A stretch of 61,324 bases of DNA, counting the filler, from Dirinaria sp. TL-2023a (lineage: Eukaryota), in the NCBI GenBank assembly GCA_051941275.1. It is 5 parts of 5 records of this genome, joined end to end, with 100 filler letters (N's around TTAATTAATTAA, not from the genome) between each part and the next. Parts side by side here need not be neighbours in the genome. Positions count along the whole stretch, not along the records: positions 12,304 to 24,501 come from JAVEBF010000785.1; positions 24,602 to 36,797 come from JAVEBF010000786.1; 3 more parts are not named here. One strand, given 5' to 3'. Positions within the stretch are counted from its first letter, which is position 1; the number at the start of each line of letters is the position of its first letter. Below, in pieces: positions 12,551 through 24,815 of this stretch. The notes below the pieces were generated by a model that was given only the letters and a program-made list of their open reading frames with translations, did not search any database and was not told the DNA's origin. The position numbers and the translations under genes are program-made.

Positions 12551-14394
12551 TCAATCCTCGTCCCAATTCGGGTTCTGGCCGGGGGGTTTGGGTCCGCCGG
12601 CCTGCCTCGCGACAATGATCTGATCCACGCTCAGCACCGTCCGCGCCGCTTCCGTCGCCAGCCGGATGGCCCACTGTTTGGAGATGAGCAGGTCCAGGAT
12701 GCCTTCATCCTTGGCGTCGAGGGTGCCGGTGCCGTCTTCGTTTTCGATGTCTACGCCCGTCGTCCATTCCTCTTCCCCTTCATCTGCTTCTGATGATGAT
12801 GATGAGGATGAAGAGGTCCCTGATGATGTAGAGGAGGATTCCGATTTCGAGGCCGATGATTTTTTATGATGATGGGCCGCGTACAGGGACGCCAGGACGG
12901 CGGTGGCATCCAAACCCGCGGATTCGGCCAGCGTGCGGGGGATGACTTCGAAGGACTCGGCGTATTTCTTGATGGCGTATTGGGACAGCTCCGGCGTCTT
13001 CTCGCCGTAAGCGGATATTCGTTCGATGAGCTGCATTTCCGTTGCCCCGGCCCCGGGCACAAGCTTCGCGTCTCGCGTGATGGCTTTGACGACGTTTACG
13101 CCGTCATCTATCGCGCGCTCGACGTCGTCGAGGTGGTTCTGCGTCGCGCCCCGGATGACCAGCGTCGCGGTCCTCGTGGCGTCGTTTTCTTGCCGGAAGA
13201 CCGTCACCCTGTCACCACCTATTTCGAGTGTCTCGACTACATCCACGTTCCCCATCTCGTCGGGCATGGGCGCTCCCAAGCGGGCGAGCGGTGTAGCGCC
13301 TACGACTCGGCATAATCTCCGTAGTTCGAATTTCGAAAGGACCTTGACAACGAGGATGCCGAAACGGTTGAGGTAGTGAAGAGCGAGTTCCCCAACAGAT
13401 GCGCCTGCTACAACAACTCGTAGACCTGAGTCGTGGAGCTCTTTGATGATCGTCTCCAGCTGGGTTTCTTCGCCTTTGGTGAAGTCAAGCATCTCCTTGG
13501 CGTTATGCAGCAGTACTGTGCCCTTGGTTTCCGTTTGTGAAATGTCAATCGGACAGGAGAAGACGCCCACTTTTGCCCTCTTGGCGTTCTTCACGGAGCC
13601 ATCGGGCTCACGGCCGAAAACCATGCCTTTAACGACTTTACTCTGCTCAAGGCTGCCGCCCATGATCTTAACGACTCGCACATTGTCGACATTAAAGTTT
13701 GCAGGTTGTTTGGGGAGGACGGCAAGAATCGCCTCAGCAACCATGTCAGCAAGGAGATCTTCCGTGCCACTTTGCTTTGAGGCGACCACTGTGCGGATAG
13801 CTTTTGCAAGTTCCACATGCGAGCGCAGGTCGGACACTTCGTCAACGACAAGTTCTGCTACAGGTCAGTATACAGCGATTAAAGCCAGTGGTATGGTAAT
13901 ACATGTGACATACTATCCAAAACTCTCAGAGCCTCCCTCTGCGCCCTCTCGTAGCCTTGAACAATGTCGCTCGTCTTAAGGCCCATTCGTATAAGTTCTT
14001 CCGCTTTCTTCAGCATCTCCCCTGCAAGCACGATGACCATGTTCGTAGCATCCCCCATCTCCGCTTCTTGCTGCTGACTGGCCATCACTATGAGCTTTGC
14101 GGCGGGATGTACGACGTCCAATTCTCGTAATATTGAGGCGGCATCGGAGGTGAGGATCATTTTCTGGAGATGATTGATGACGATCTTATTCCGGCCATAT
14201 GGCCCCAGCGAAGTCTGTACAGTCTGGGCTATTGCTCGACAGGCTTCTATATTACGGATTACGGCGCCGTCTTCGGATTCATAGCTACGCAATCCATCAG
14301 CGAGGTTTTGCCGGATCTTCGATGTCCTTTCTTACTTCTGGTATCCTTGCTTGAAAAGCCCACCATTAGGGGCATTAGGCATTGACAGAGACAT
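12551..14394 (-). CDS. CCT8: T-complex protein 1 subunit theta (chaperonin CCT/TRiC), 3 exons
   Basis: MSLSMPNAPNGGLFKQGY, TSLGPYGRNKIVINHL, QQQEAEMGDATN, ETKGTVLL, LSVDQIIVARQAGGPKPP, C-terminal NWDED. Intron 14285..14335 and a second near 13857-13912. Confidence 0.96.
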
Positions 14395-14544
14395 ATTGGG
14401 GTGAGACGCGACTGTTCAAACAAAAATCGTAGGGTGCAAATTGAAAGTCCGAATCGATCGAACATTATTTCAGAACGCGCTACGCGAGAAATAGATGCAC
14501 TTATGGTCATCTTTCCTCGCCGTATTAAACCCTTATCGTAAACC

Positions 14545-14553
14545 TCACGTGAC
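14545..14553. promoter_or_regulatory. E-box (TCACGTGAC), Cbf1/bHLH-type site about 150 bp upstream of CCT8
   Basis: Exact RTCACGTG match on the minus strand in the promoter; binding is inferred only. Confidence 0.4.
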
Positions 14554-14817
14554 CTTTCTGGTCGTGCCTATCTTACTATCTACCTACATAAGTAGAGTCT
14601 GAAATAGGATAGGTTTGGTATTTCACTCGCAGTGCGTTACATGTAGCTAGTTATGACTGGTTCATTCCATGGGAGAGACCACCTAAGGAGTAAAAATCCT
14701 CAATTAGATATATCATGATCTGGCTATGTGACCTTTCAAGGCTACGAGCTAATATAAACGTGCTCTGAGGCAAAGCGCAGGCTGAATATACAACTTCTCT
14801 CATTTGAATAGCCCGCC

Positions 14818-16090
14818 TCAGTGGCCACCTGTCGTTGGTAGACCTAGTGATACCTTGAATGTGTCGTAAATGAGCCATTGAAAAGCGGTCTAGAGGATGT
14901 TAGCTCCGTCACACGTTGGATGAACTTTGACGAGATCCTACCAAGGTACCGATCTGTATAATGCGTTAGCTTTAACAACAAATATAGAGACAGTGGAGAA
15001 GGATTCACCCACCATTGCAATCCTGACCGAAAGCCCGTTCCATAGGCCTTTGAATCCTATATTACTGTATATCCTTGACATAGCCTTGCCCCCACTCTCG
15101 CCAGCTTGGAGAAACATTCAGTCAATATATTGGTGATGTGATATGAGGAGACTCACGTTGCCGGTCCGCATTCAACTTGCTGACCATGACATCCGCTGGA
15201 TGGCTGACGACAGCGCAGCCAATGCCAGCAATGTAACCACCTAGAAAAGATACCCCGGTCTGCTGCACCGTATTGTAGCTTTCTTTGGGCTTCCCAAGGA
15301 ACTTGTAAATTTGTTCTACGGTTTTCTCGAAAGTCGCGAATTTTACCATCGTATATGGGATTTGACGACCCCATAGTGGGTAAAGACCTTTGTACAGCCC
15401 TCCTGTGCCTTCCTTCGCAGTTATTTTTCCCCAGCCTTCTCGCATGGTGTTCGCGAAGGGGGGTAGGGTTGTCTGCATCCTCACTTTTATAGCCTCGAAT
15501 GGACAAAGAGCTAGGTCTGCTAGAAATTCTGCTGACGCGGAAGCGCCAAGGTAGACGAGTGTCTTGTTCGCATTTGGGAACATCTAGAGTCGTGAGTGAG
15601 CACGATTTTAGGGACTTGGTTTTGATAGTACGTACTCTGTCGCCGTAGAGGTATTTGAACACCTCATAGAATCCATACTTTCCAGCCCCTTGGAATGAAT
15701 ATCCAACGAAGGTCGGAGACCAGCCGAAAAAGACGCCTCGGAGGCCTTCTTTCGCGTAGATACTGCGCCATGCTGAGACATTCGAGGAGTAAATATTGGG
15801 ATCGACCTGACGGCGGCATTTGACCTATAGTTCAGACGCGGCTGGTTTAGCATTTTGTCTATGAATGACCATTGGGGTGTTTGAGAGCTTCGGTAAAGCT
15901 TACGAGGTCGAGAGGTGTCACAGCTGCTATTCGTTAGAGTGCGAGAACCATGCTATTCAGCAAGATGTAGCATACAACTATGTGTTGGACCGCAAGCTAT
16001 GATTCCGCCCAAAGTGCAAGCTCCGAAGTAAGTGGGCGAGAATAGTTCGATCTTGGACGGAGCACGTCCCTGTGTCTTTGTTTGCGCCAT
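14818..16090 (-). CDS. Mitochondrial phosphate carrier (Pic2/Mir1 family), multi-exon with micro-exons
   Basis: Spliced product [37 protein letters not shown]...[14 protein letters not shown]...[12 protein letters not shown]...[13 protein letters not shown]...[31 protein letters not shown]; three Px[DE]xxK carrier signatures. Confidence 0.93.
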
Positions 16091-16530
16091 GCTTGAGCAG
16101 CAACCCCAGGGAATGGGAGAGAATGTGTTCAAGGTTCCGAAATGAGCATTTATATATGACCACGAAGGTTCAATGGATGGGACGGAGACTTGGACTGAGA
16201 GCTTGAATTATTACGCGCAGTCCAATTGAGCATCGAAGATCGTCATCCCGCCCCTCTTCGGCAATTGCGGCCAACAACGCCGACAGCGCAGCGCGATAAG
16301 CCGTTAAAGCCACTCCGAGCAGGTAGTCTGACTAAGCGACGATAACAACAAGCGGTACATCCGAGCCCAAAAAGGGGCATCAGGTACCTGATTCAATTGC
16401 CTGTGATATCGAATGGGAATGATATGGAAGGACTAACCCAAGTATGTCTCCTATACTTCTATACTCTACCTATGACATTCCTGATATACTCGCGAATATC
16501 CTCTAAACGCATCTTAACAGCATTTTTTTT

Positions 16531-17930
16531 TCACACGTCTATAGCTCGTCGTATCATAATTGTGAGATCTCTTAACCCTTTCTGCCGCTGCGTCTGTGTG
16601 TCGGCCAGAAAGAGGGCTGCAACCGGCCAGGCATGAATTGATCCCGGTTCCTCCCTGACGCTTACGTAGGATCCACTTTTGCGCAACACAGTTACCAGAT
16701 CCCTGATCTCAGGACCGAAGACTTCCTCTGATCCATACATGAAGGTGAAGCCTGCGCCAGGTGATGCTTTAGACCACAGTTTGATATCTTTGCATACCCC
16801 AGGTGATACAAGGGGATCTCGGAGGTTTGCTTCGTTTCCTGCATACTGACGCCCATACAAATGCAAGCTTTCTGTATTCAAATAATCGCTTCGAGTGTCT
16901 CGGTTCTTGTTACTGACCAAGGTTGGCCAAGGTGAAATAAGACTAGCATAACCCGGTCGATGGTTCTCGTAGTCTGGCAAGCCTGCAATGACTAGCAGGA
17001 GGCTGAGTATCAACGTAGCCCCCGCTGAGTCGCCGCTGACGCAAATGCGCGATGGATCTTGCGTGATCGAACAAACATATTCGTAGCCTGTCACTGTTTG
17101 CTTGAGTTGAGTTGGAAATTGTGCGTCCGGCACGAGATCGTATTCCAGTGCAAAAATGGCAGGATTCCTGTAGCCAGCCTCCTTGAGCAGGCTCAGCCAG
17201 GCCAGCAGGAACTCGAGATAGAAATAGTTCGAACCCATTGAGAACCCACCGCCTGAAAGAGCCCGTCAGCACGAGGGTTTGAAGCGAGTCGAATCCTCAG
17301 CGAACCGTGGCAGTAATAAAGGACCAGATCAGCCTTCTGTGAACCATCATGAGAAATCCAAAGACCACGAGTTCTGTTTTTCTGCACGTAATGTAAGCGG
17401 GAATAGACTGCAAAACAACAAGTCGTCTTACGAGTGACACCTCCTCCCATGCAATGGGAGAATTTAGATACCCATGACGTAGTAAACGAAATCTGAAGAA
17501 CGGTAGAGCCACACCCTTAGAGAAGAAGGCGCGGCCTATCCTTTGTCACTTTTTGATGATTCTGAGGCTCAGGGTATTGTGTTACCTATCTTGGAAGGTA
17601 TATTGGCAAAAGCATATCGCACAATGCGAATTACAAAGTCTTCGAAAGGTGTGGCTTGCTGTATAAAAGGGGACCTTGCAGATTTGTGGGTGAAAAAGCG
17701 CTCTTTTGTGAATCCATATGGTAACTGAATCACTGAAATATCCGTCAGATCACCGGGCTAGGTCCAGAGTATCTTGAAGCTGACGAAGCAGCTTGGTTCT
17801 TACATAGGAATGGCAAGGCTTTCGAAGCCACAGCAATTAAATCAATCAAATTGACTTGCAACAAGAGCTGTGGTATCAAGAACAAAAGAAAGACGAGGCA
17901 GTCTAAGTAGGAAATCTGGCCCAGGATCAT
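16531..17930 (-). CDS. Alpha/beta hydrolase, HSL/Say1-like esterase with N-terminal hydrophobic segment, 5 exons
   Basis: Oxyanion HGGG (split by an intron), nucleophile GDSAG, LISPW and C-terminal HAWP; ATG at 17930. Confidence 0.88.
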
Positions 17931-18515
17931 ACTTTGTCGATCCAAACCAATGAATCAACTCCGCACAAAATTGAATGCACCGACAATAAGAGATCCGACG
18001 AGATGTGAAACAAAGAAAAGGTGGATGATTTGTCAAAATGAATGATGATGAAACTCATTGACAATAGGACTAGTGGCAGACTACGAGACTACGGTGTACG
18101 AGACTAGTAAGTATCTTAATTCTTAGGTAAGTTGTACTTCAGTTCTGCCAAGTGCCAAGCCCCCACTTGGGGAAATTTACCCCTAGCGGAGCTCTAGCCG
18201 TTTTCCCGCCATACAATACCAGCAAGCTGCAACTTCACCTGCAATCTGCCCAACTCAACACCCAACGCTCCAATCTCTCCCCCCCCCCCGGTGTTGCTCA
18301 GTTTGACATACCACAAAGATGGTTCCTCGACAGGCTATCGTCCTCCCATCCTCCAAGCTTCTCCTCAAATCTCTATCTACCCACAATACAGAACCATATT
18401 CGTTCTGTGGTCGAAGCTCGTGACCGATCTAATCTACTTTTACTTTGATCTCTTTCGGAAACACATCTCGGCATTCTAGCATAACAGGAAGGAGGCTATA
18501 GCGGTGTTGGTGACG

Positions 18516-21500
18516 ATGGCTGCCCCAGCAGAGATTGCTGCGTAAGCGTTCAGCACGCCTTGAAAAAGCACCTAACTGACCCAATTATCCTAGGTCGCTC
18601 CCGCTCGAGGAGATTCCAGTCAAACTCCGCTGCGGAGCGTGTACTCAACTGGCTCTTGATGCATACCGTACACCATGCTGTGACCAGTCCATCTGTGAGA
18701 CATGTACGCAATATCTGCGCTGGACTTGTATCATGTTGCGGGGCTCTGACTACTAGCCAGGTCAAAAATCTCTCGGTCCATTTTGCCCAATATGCTTGCA
18801 CGAGCCCGTGAATGCAGATGACTGTAGACCTAACAAAGCTCTGCGCACCACCGTTAAAGTTTTTATCAAGAAGAGAGGCCATGATAAACAGGAGGCCGTC
18901 AAAAAAGAGATGGCCACCAAAGCGTCTCTTGCTTCAGCAACCCCTACTGGTGCCAAAGACGACGTGAAGTCTGTTGACCAATCTTTTCAGCCTTCGACGA
19001 CGCCCGCCACGCACGTTGCCGCTGACGCAGCTGTCAGCCTCTCGTCAGTTCCTCAAAGGAATTCCGAAGCCTCATCAGCATCACAATTACAATTGGGGAT
19101 TGAGCCCAAGGCTAATGGGGATCTTTCGTCATTGGAAGCGCAGAAGGATATTGTGAGACCCTCTGTTGAAGTAAGCTCCCAATAATGACCTTTCGCCAGT
19201 AAAGGAAGGCTGACCGAGTTAGTCCGGAAACCAAGATGCTGTAAAGCACGAGAGTGAAGATCAAGCTGGCCCCACGAATGGAACGACAGAGCAAGGAGAT
19301 AAGGGTGAGCAAAGCGTTGGAAAGTCCCAGGTTCCAGAAAGCCAGCCAAATCAGGAGCAAATGTCTGCCATGCCCGAACAGCAATGGGCGGCTATGAACG
19401 GGCCCGTGCAAGGCATGAACAATGGTAGCTTCGGATTTGATGGAATTAATGGTGGGCTTTCAAACATGGGTTTCGGCAACGTTGCAGACTTCAACCAAAT
19501 GTTGCAATTCATGCCAAATGCCATGCAGAACAACATGATGGGCATGCTTCCGAACATGATGTGTAAGTCGACCCAACGGCCCATTTCCAGCGGCTGTTGC
19601 TAACCCTAAATGAAAGCTATGCCAGGCATGGGCATGGACCCCTTGGCCATGGCTCAGGGTATGTACGGTGGTATGAATGGGCAAGGTATTGGAATGAATG
19701 GAATGAACGCTGGTATGGGCTTTGCCAATGGGCAATTGGCGTTTGGAGGGTTCAACGGTCAGCCCGCTTCGTGGAACGGAGTCCACAATAATTACAATCA
19801 AAATACATATGGCGGTCATGGAAATGGTCAGGTTGGTGACTATGGCTCCAACACAGGTTATGGTGGATATAATATACCACAAGGAAACTTCAACCAGATG
19901 AATCAGCGCCAATTTCCTAATAATGATTTCCAGCACGGATATCACGGACAAGGCTTCCCAAACCGGGGCCGCGGCCGCGGACGTGGCTATCAAAATTACG
20001 GCCGTGGCCGAGGCGGCTACAATCAGGTAAACTCAGCTCACCAGGCTAACTTTGAAGCGTCCCCCTCTCAAGTACCACCACAGGTTGCCGCACTCCAAGA
20101 CCCAAATCAGCAAGTGGGCTCCTCGAATCAGGAGCAAGCAGACGGGATCATTCGACGTGGATCGCCTGTCTACGATACGGAAGCCCGCACATCAGCTGAT
20201 GACTTCTCTAAATCGTTGAATCCTGGCGATGCCGAAGATCACATTGAAAGTCCTCGCCAAGAGCCAAACAAGCAAGATAATGACGCGTCAAACGAGACTG
20301 CGGAGGCTCCACCAAATGTTGAAGGGGAACCGGCTATAGACTCGTTGACGAAAGATGAAGCACCGGAAAAGCCATCTGCTAGCCAGCCAGCCACTTCATC
20401 AGACCAAACTGAGATAGAGACTACTAAAAATGACAGTGCGACTGCACCTTCGGTCAAAATGCCGCCCCCACCTAGCCCTGTAGTACCAACAGGTCCTGCT
20501 GCGCTTTCGTCAGCTGATCATTCTCAATTCTATGACCACAACTCTAGAGGACGAGGTCGTGGGTTCTATGGTGGCGCTGTTAGTTCGCGTGGTGGAGCAC
20601 GCGGTCGTGGTACAGGTTATGTACCAAATGGTGGTTCTGCTCATGTATCCAACGGACAGCCTCCACTAGTTTCTCCAGTTACTCCTATTACTGCTGCAGA
20701 ACCCAAGGGACTCGGCGTTGAGGGCGCACCGAAAGGTCCAAAGGCGATGAGAGAAGGGTTACCCAATACAGGTGCCAGTGCTGGCGCAAAAGGCTTTTCA
20801 ATTGTGGGCCGTGCTTCAGCGGCTGCTCAAGCTCGCACCAGTGGCCACACTAGATCGCGGAGGTATGTTCTCTTCCGCGAAACACCTTCGGCTTATTAAT
20901 TTTTTTGTACAGTCCAAGTCCTAGTCGATCGCGCTCACGCTCGCCTCATCGCTCACATCGCCATCGTCACCACCGACACCGGTCTACAGATAGCTCATAC
21001 AGTAGCGATCGAGATCGAAAGCGAGAACGTCGCCACCGACATTCACGAAGATATGATGACGACGATCAGGCTGATGATCAAGAATCGAAGGCTGCGGATT
21101 CTTCATCGAAACGATCATCACATCGTCACCGAGCTGAGGATAAAGATCAAGAATCTGGCCGAAGCAGTCACCGATCGCATCGATCTCACCGCGACAGAAG
21201 CAGAAGACGTGATGGCGACCACCACTCCTCGAGGAGGCGCTCACGGTCCCCTGTTTTTGAGGCCGAGAAACCTCAGGTCACTAACGGTACGCCCCATATG
21301 AACGGTGTCCCGCCCACAGGACCTAAAGCAGATCGGCAAAAGGCCGAGGAACTGACATCTTCGGGCCGTAAGAAACGTGAGAGGGAGGAAGAAGATTATT
21401 ACCGAGAGCGGAAACGCTCCAAAACAGATTTTGTGGAGCCTGGGGAGAATGGTGACGATCGACGAAACTCGAAACGTGTTCATCGAGAGGATGAAGATAA

Positions 21501-21807
21501 TTCACGCAGTAAGAAGTCGCAAAATCTTGAAGGAAAGGAGACGGTGAAGTCGGAACCCCCAACCCCGAAGAGCGAGGTGGACGCGCATACCCTTGAGCGA
21601 GAGGCTCGTAATCGAGAGCGTATGCAGAAGGAGATGCAAAGACGCTCGGCCATGGACGGCAAAGGTGCGGCGCCGAAGCGTAAGATGAGCGGCACCGGTG
21701 TCAGTCAGGGAGGGAGACGTGTCAGCTACAAGTACGAAGATGAGGAAAGCAGCGAGGCCAGAGCTTCTAGAGTCGAGAACGAGCGAGAGGCTGGCAGGTG
21801 GGGATAG
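18516..21807 (+). CDS. RING-finger protein (Mpe1/RBBP6-like RING) with M/N/G-rich region, RGG boxes and RS/RD-rich C-terminus, 6 exons
   Basis: Splicing gives LRCGACTQLALDAYRTPCCDQSICETCQKSLGPFCPICLHEP...PNKALRTT. GT-AG introns join ORFs 18796, 19361, 19610 and 20905 in frame. Confidence 0.8.
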
Positions 21808-22247
21808 CAGGATCGATGTAGTGTGAAGCAGAAAACCTGAGCACAGGCTACGACTACAACAGCAGAATCCGTAGAAGGCGTCTGATACAGCGAGGCCATA
21901 TCGCCTGTTGCGCTCCCTTCTATGAAGGTCTCAACATGATGTTGTTAGATCAGATGGTGTTGGATCAAATGCTGATCTCGTGCTCACAATGCCATTGTGC
22001 TCGGCATTGTTTGGTTCGTGTGTTCTATGCCACACATCATTATTTAGCAATTCGCAAACACCTATGATTGCAACACTTATTCTGATTGCAACACATTCGC
22101 TTTGTGTGTAGGCGTTCGTCAGCATGTGATCATGAGAAACGCGCCAAGGGCCCAATTACGCGAAATACTTAAACTCCTCCCCCGCGACTTTCTTTCTTTC
22201 TCTCTTTCCGCCTGGCAGAAGCCAGTGTCGGCGTATATCTGTTCAAA

Positions 22248-24501
22248 ATGAAGTATATTTTGGTATCCGGAGGTGGCATTAGTGGCATTGGGAAAGGGAT
22301 TATTGCATCCTCAACTGGCTTGCTGCTCAAGGTTATGGGACTGAAGGTTACCGCTATCAAGATTGACCCCTACCTGAATATCGGTGAGTGGCTTCGTGGC
22401 ACGGACAGTCTCGGCTATATACTGACTCGGTTCTGGCAGATGCTGGTCTCATGACTCCTATGGAACATGGAGAAGTCTTTGTTCTCGACGATGGTGGGGA
22501 AGTTGATCTGGATCTTGGTACGCCCCGCTTTCCAACAAATGGGGCAGACTTGTGTGCTGACTGAGTCCTTTGCAGGGAATTACGAACGCTACTTGCAATT
22601 ATCAATGACGAGGGACAACAACATTACGACCGGCAAGATTTACCAGTCAGTGATAGAGGCGGAGCGTAGGGGCGACTTCCTCGGCAAGACAGTACAGGTG
22701 GTTCCGCACATCACGAACGCTACGCAAGACTGGTGTGAGCGCGTGGCTGCGATTCCCGTGGACGATAGCAAAGAGACACCGGATGTCTGCATTATCGAAC
22801 TCGGGGGCACCGTGGGTGACATCGAGTCCGCACCATTCATCGAGTCCATGCGTCGTCTTAGGATGAGAGCCGGCAGCAAGGAGAACTTTGTCAGTAATGC
22901 ATTCGAGAAAGGAAGTCCACGTGCTAATGTTTCAATAGCTACACATACACGTCACCTACATCCCTGTGATAAACGGCGAACAGAAGACCAAATTGACGCA
23001 ACAGGCCATCCGAGATGTGCGAAGCGCCGGCTTATTCCCAGATCTCATCGCTTGCCGTTGCGAAGAGGAGCTTGAGCCGTCCACAGTGGCTAAGGTTGCT
23101 CAATACTGCCAGGTGAGGGGGTGTGCGATCCATGGATTACGAGCCAAAGTTAATTTGTAGCAGGTTGAGCCAAGCCAGGTCGTGGCAGCCCCTCAGGTGT
23201 CCAATACTTACCTCGTCCCTGTACTGCTCGAAAAGCAAGGCATGCAGGACACGCTTCGAAACCTCCTTCGCCTTGAGGATCTCGCAGTCTCGAAATCACT
23301 CATCCATCGAGGTGCCCAGACGTGGGACGCCTGGACGGCCCTGACCGACTCACAAGTGCATGTGCGGCAGGAGGTTACTATTGCCCTAGTGGGCAAATAT
23401 ACCAAATTGCACGACTGCTATTTCTCAGTTATCAAATCCTTGGAACACTCTGCAATGGCGTGCTCTCGAAAGCTTAAAATAGAGTGGGTCAAAGCTGAAG
23501 ACCTCGAGACTAAGGCAAAAAACGAATCGGCCCGCGACCATTACGAGGCATGGCATAAAATTTGTACAGCCGATGGCATCCTTGTACCCGGTGGTTTTGG
23601 TGACCGGGGTATAGAAGGCATGGTTGAAGCGGTGAGTGGACCAGCATAGCAAGTCCCCGCTCCTTTCTAACGCTAATTTTGTGTTATGAAGGCAAAATAT
23701 GCTCGCCTGAACTCGAAGCCTTATCTTGGTCAGTATTCCCCATCTTGGAGTTGTTCAAAGCTAACTCGCTGGGGATAGGTATCTGCCTAGGTATGCAGAT
23801 TGCAGTATGTTTTACTCCATTTCCGCTTCATGAGAGTTTCTAATCTAAGAATTTCGCAGGTGATCGAGTACGCACGCGACGTGTGCGGCATCGCGGCAGC
23901 TACGACGGAAGAAGTTGACGCCAACGCGTCCGACCCGGTCGTCATTTTCATGCCTGAGATTGACCGCACGGTAAGTCGGTTCTCCCTAATCTTCCTTTCC
24001 CTAGCTAATATCGGCCGCTCAGAACCTTGGAGGAACTATGCGTCTTGGCCTCCGCGCAACCCATTTCCAGCCCGGGAGCGAATGGTCCAAACTCCGCGCT
24101 CTATACGGGGAGGAAGAAGCCGCCCTCTCCTCCTCATCCAACCACACCTCGGCTGCCAACGGCGTATCCAACGGCACCACCGCCGCCCTCCTCAACGGGA
24201 CCACAGCCAACGGTCCGACAACCACCAAAGCGCCCCCTACGGAACCATTAATCATCCGAGAGCGCCACCGTCACCGCTACGAAGTAAATCCGGCCTACAT
24301 CGACGTCCTGGCCCAGAACGGCCTGAGCTTCGTGGGCAAAGACGACAAAGGCGAGCGGATGGAGATCATGGAGTTGAAGGACCACCCCTGGTACGTAGGC
24401 GTGCAGTACCACCCAGAATACCTGTCACGGGTGCTGCGACCCAGTAAACCCTATTTGGGCTTCATAGCGGCCGCGAGCGGGTGTTTGGGGGACATTATCA
24501 C
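22248..24501 (+). CDS. URA7: CTP synthase, many introns, 3' end cut off by the contig end
   Basis: [62 protein letters not shown], catalytic [18 protein letters not shown] and QYHPEY. Confidence 0.96.
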
Positions 24502-24601
24502 NNNNNNNNNNNNNNNNNNNNNNNNNNNNNNNNNNNNNNNNNNNNTTAATTAATTAANNNNNNNNNNNNNNNNNNNNNNNNNNNNNNNNNNNNNNNNNNN
24601 N
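24502..24601. other. Artificial contig spacer
   Basis: N44-TTAATTAATTAA-N44. Confidence 0.98.
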
Positions 24602-24658
24602 GGCGGTGGCTTTAGAGGGGGCTATAGAGGAAGAGGAGGTTACGGCGGCAGGTGGTAG
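24602..24658 (+). CDS. 3' end of a gene with an RGG/GAR tail (GGGFRGGYRGRGGYGGRW*); rest missing
   Basis: Open frame from the contig start to TAG 24656-24658 encodes a typical RGG tail; identity not determinable. Confidence 0.55.
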   Translation, partial: GGGFRGGYRGRGGYGGRW

Positions 24659-24815
24659 CCAACGACCTGTATATCATTGTGATTCTCTGGACTCGAGCGA
24701 GGCGTTGAGGAGATTCCATGGATTATTTTTATTTAAGGGACATCCTAAAGCTGATTGTCCACCCCGACCTTGAACTCCTCGCTATAATTAGTGCTATGGA
24801 TCACGCAAACGAAGC

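Noticed and set aside
21935..22100. Short hairpins and a duplicated TGATTGCAACAC between the RING gene and URA7
   Set aside because: Stems are only 7-8 bp and C/D spacing is too short; compatible with chance or ordinary UTR/promoter sequence.
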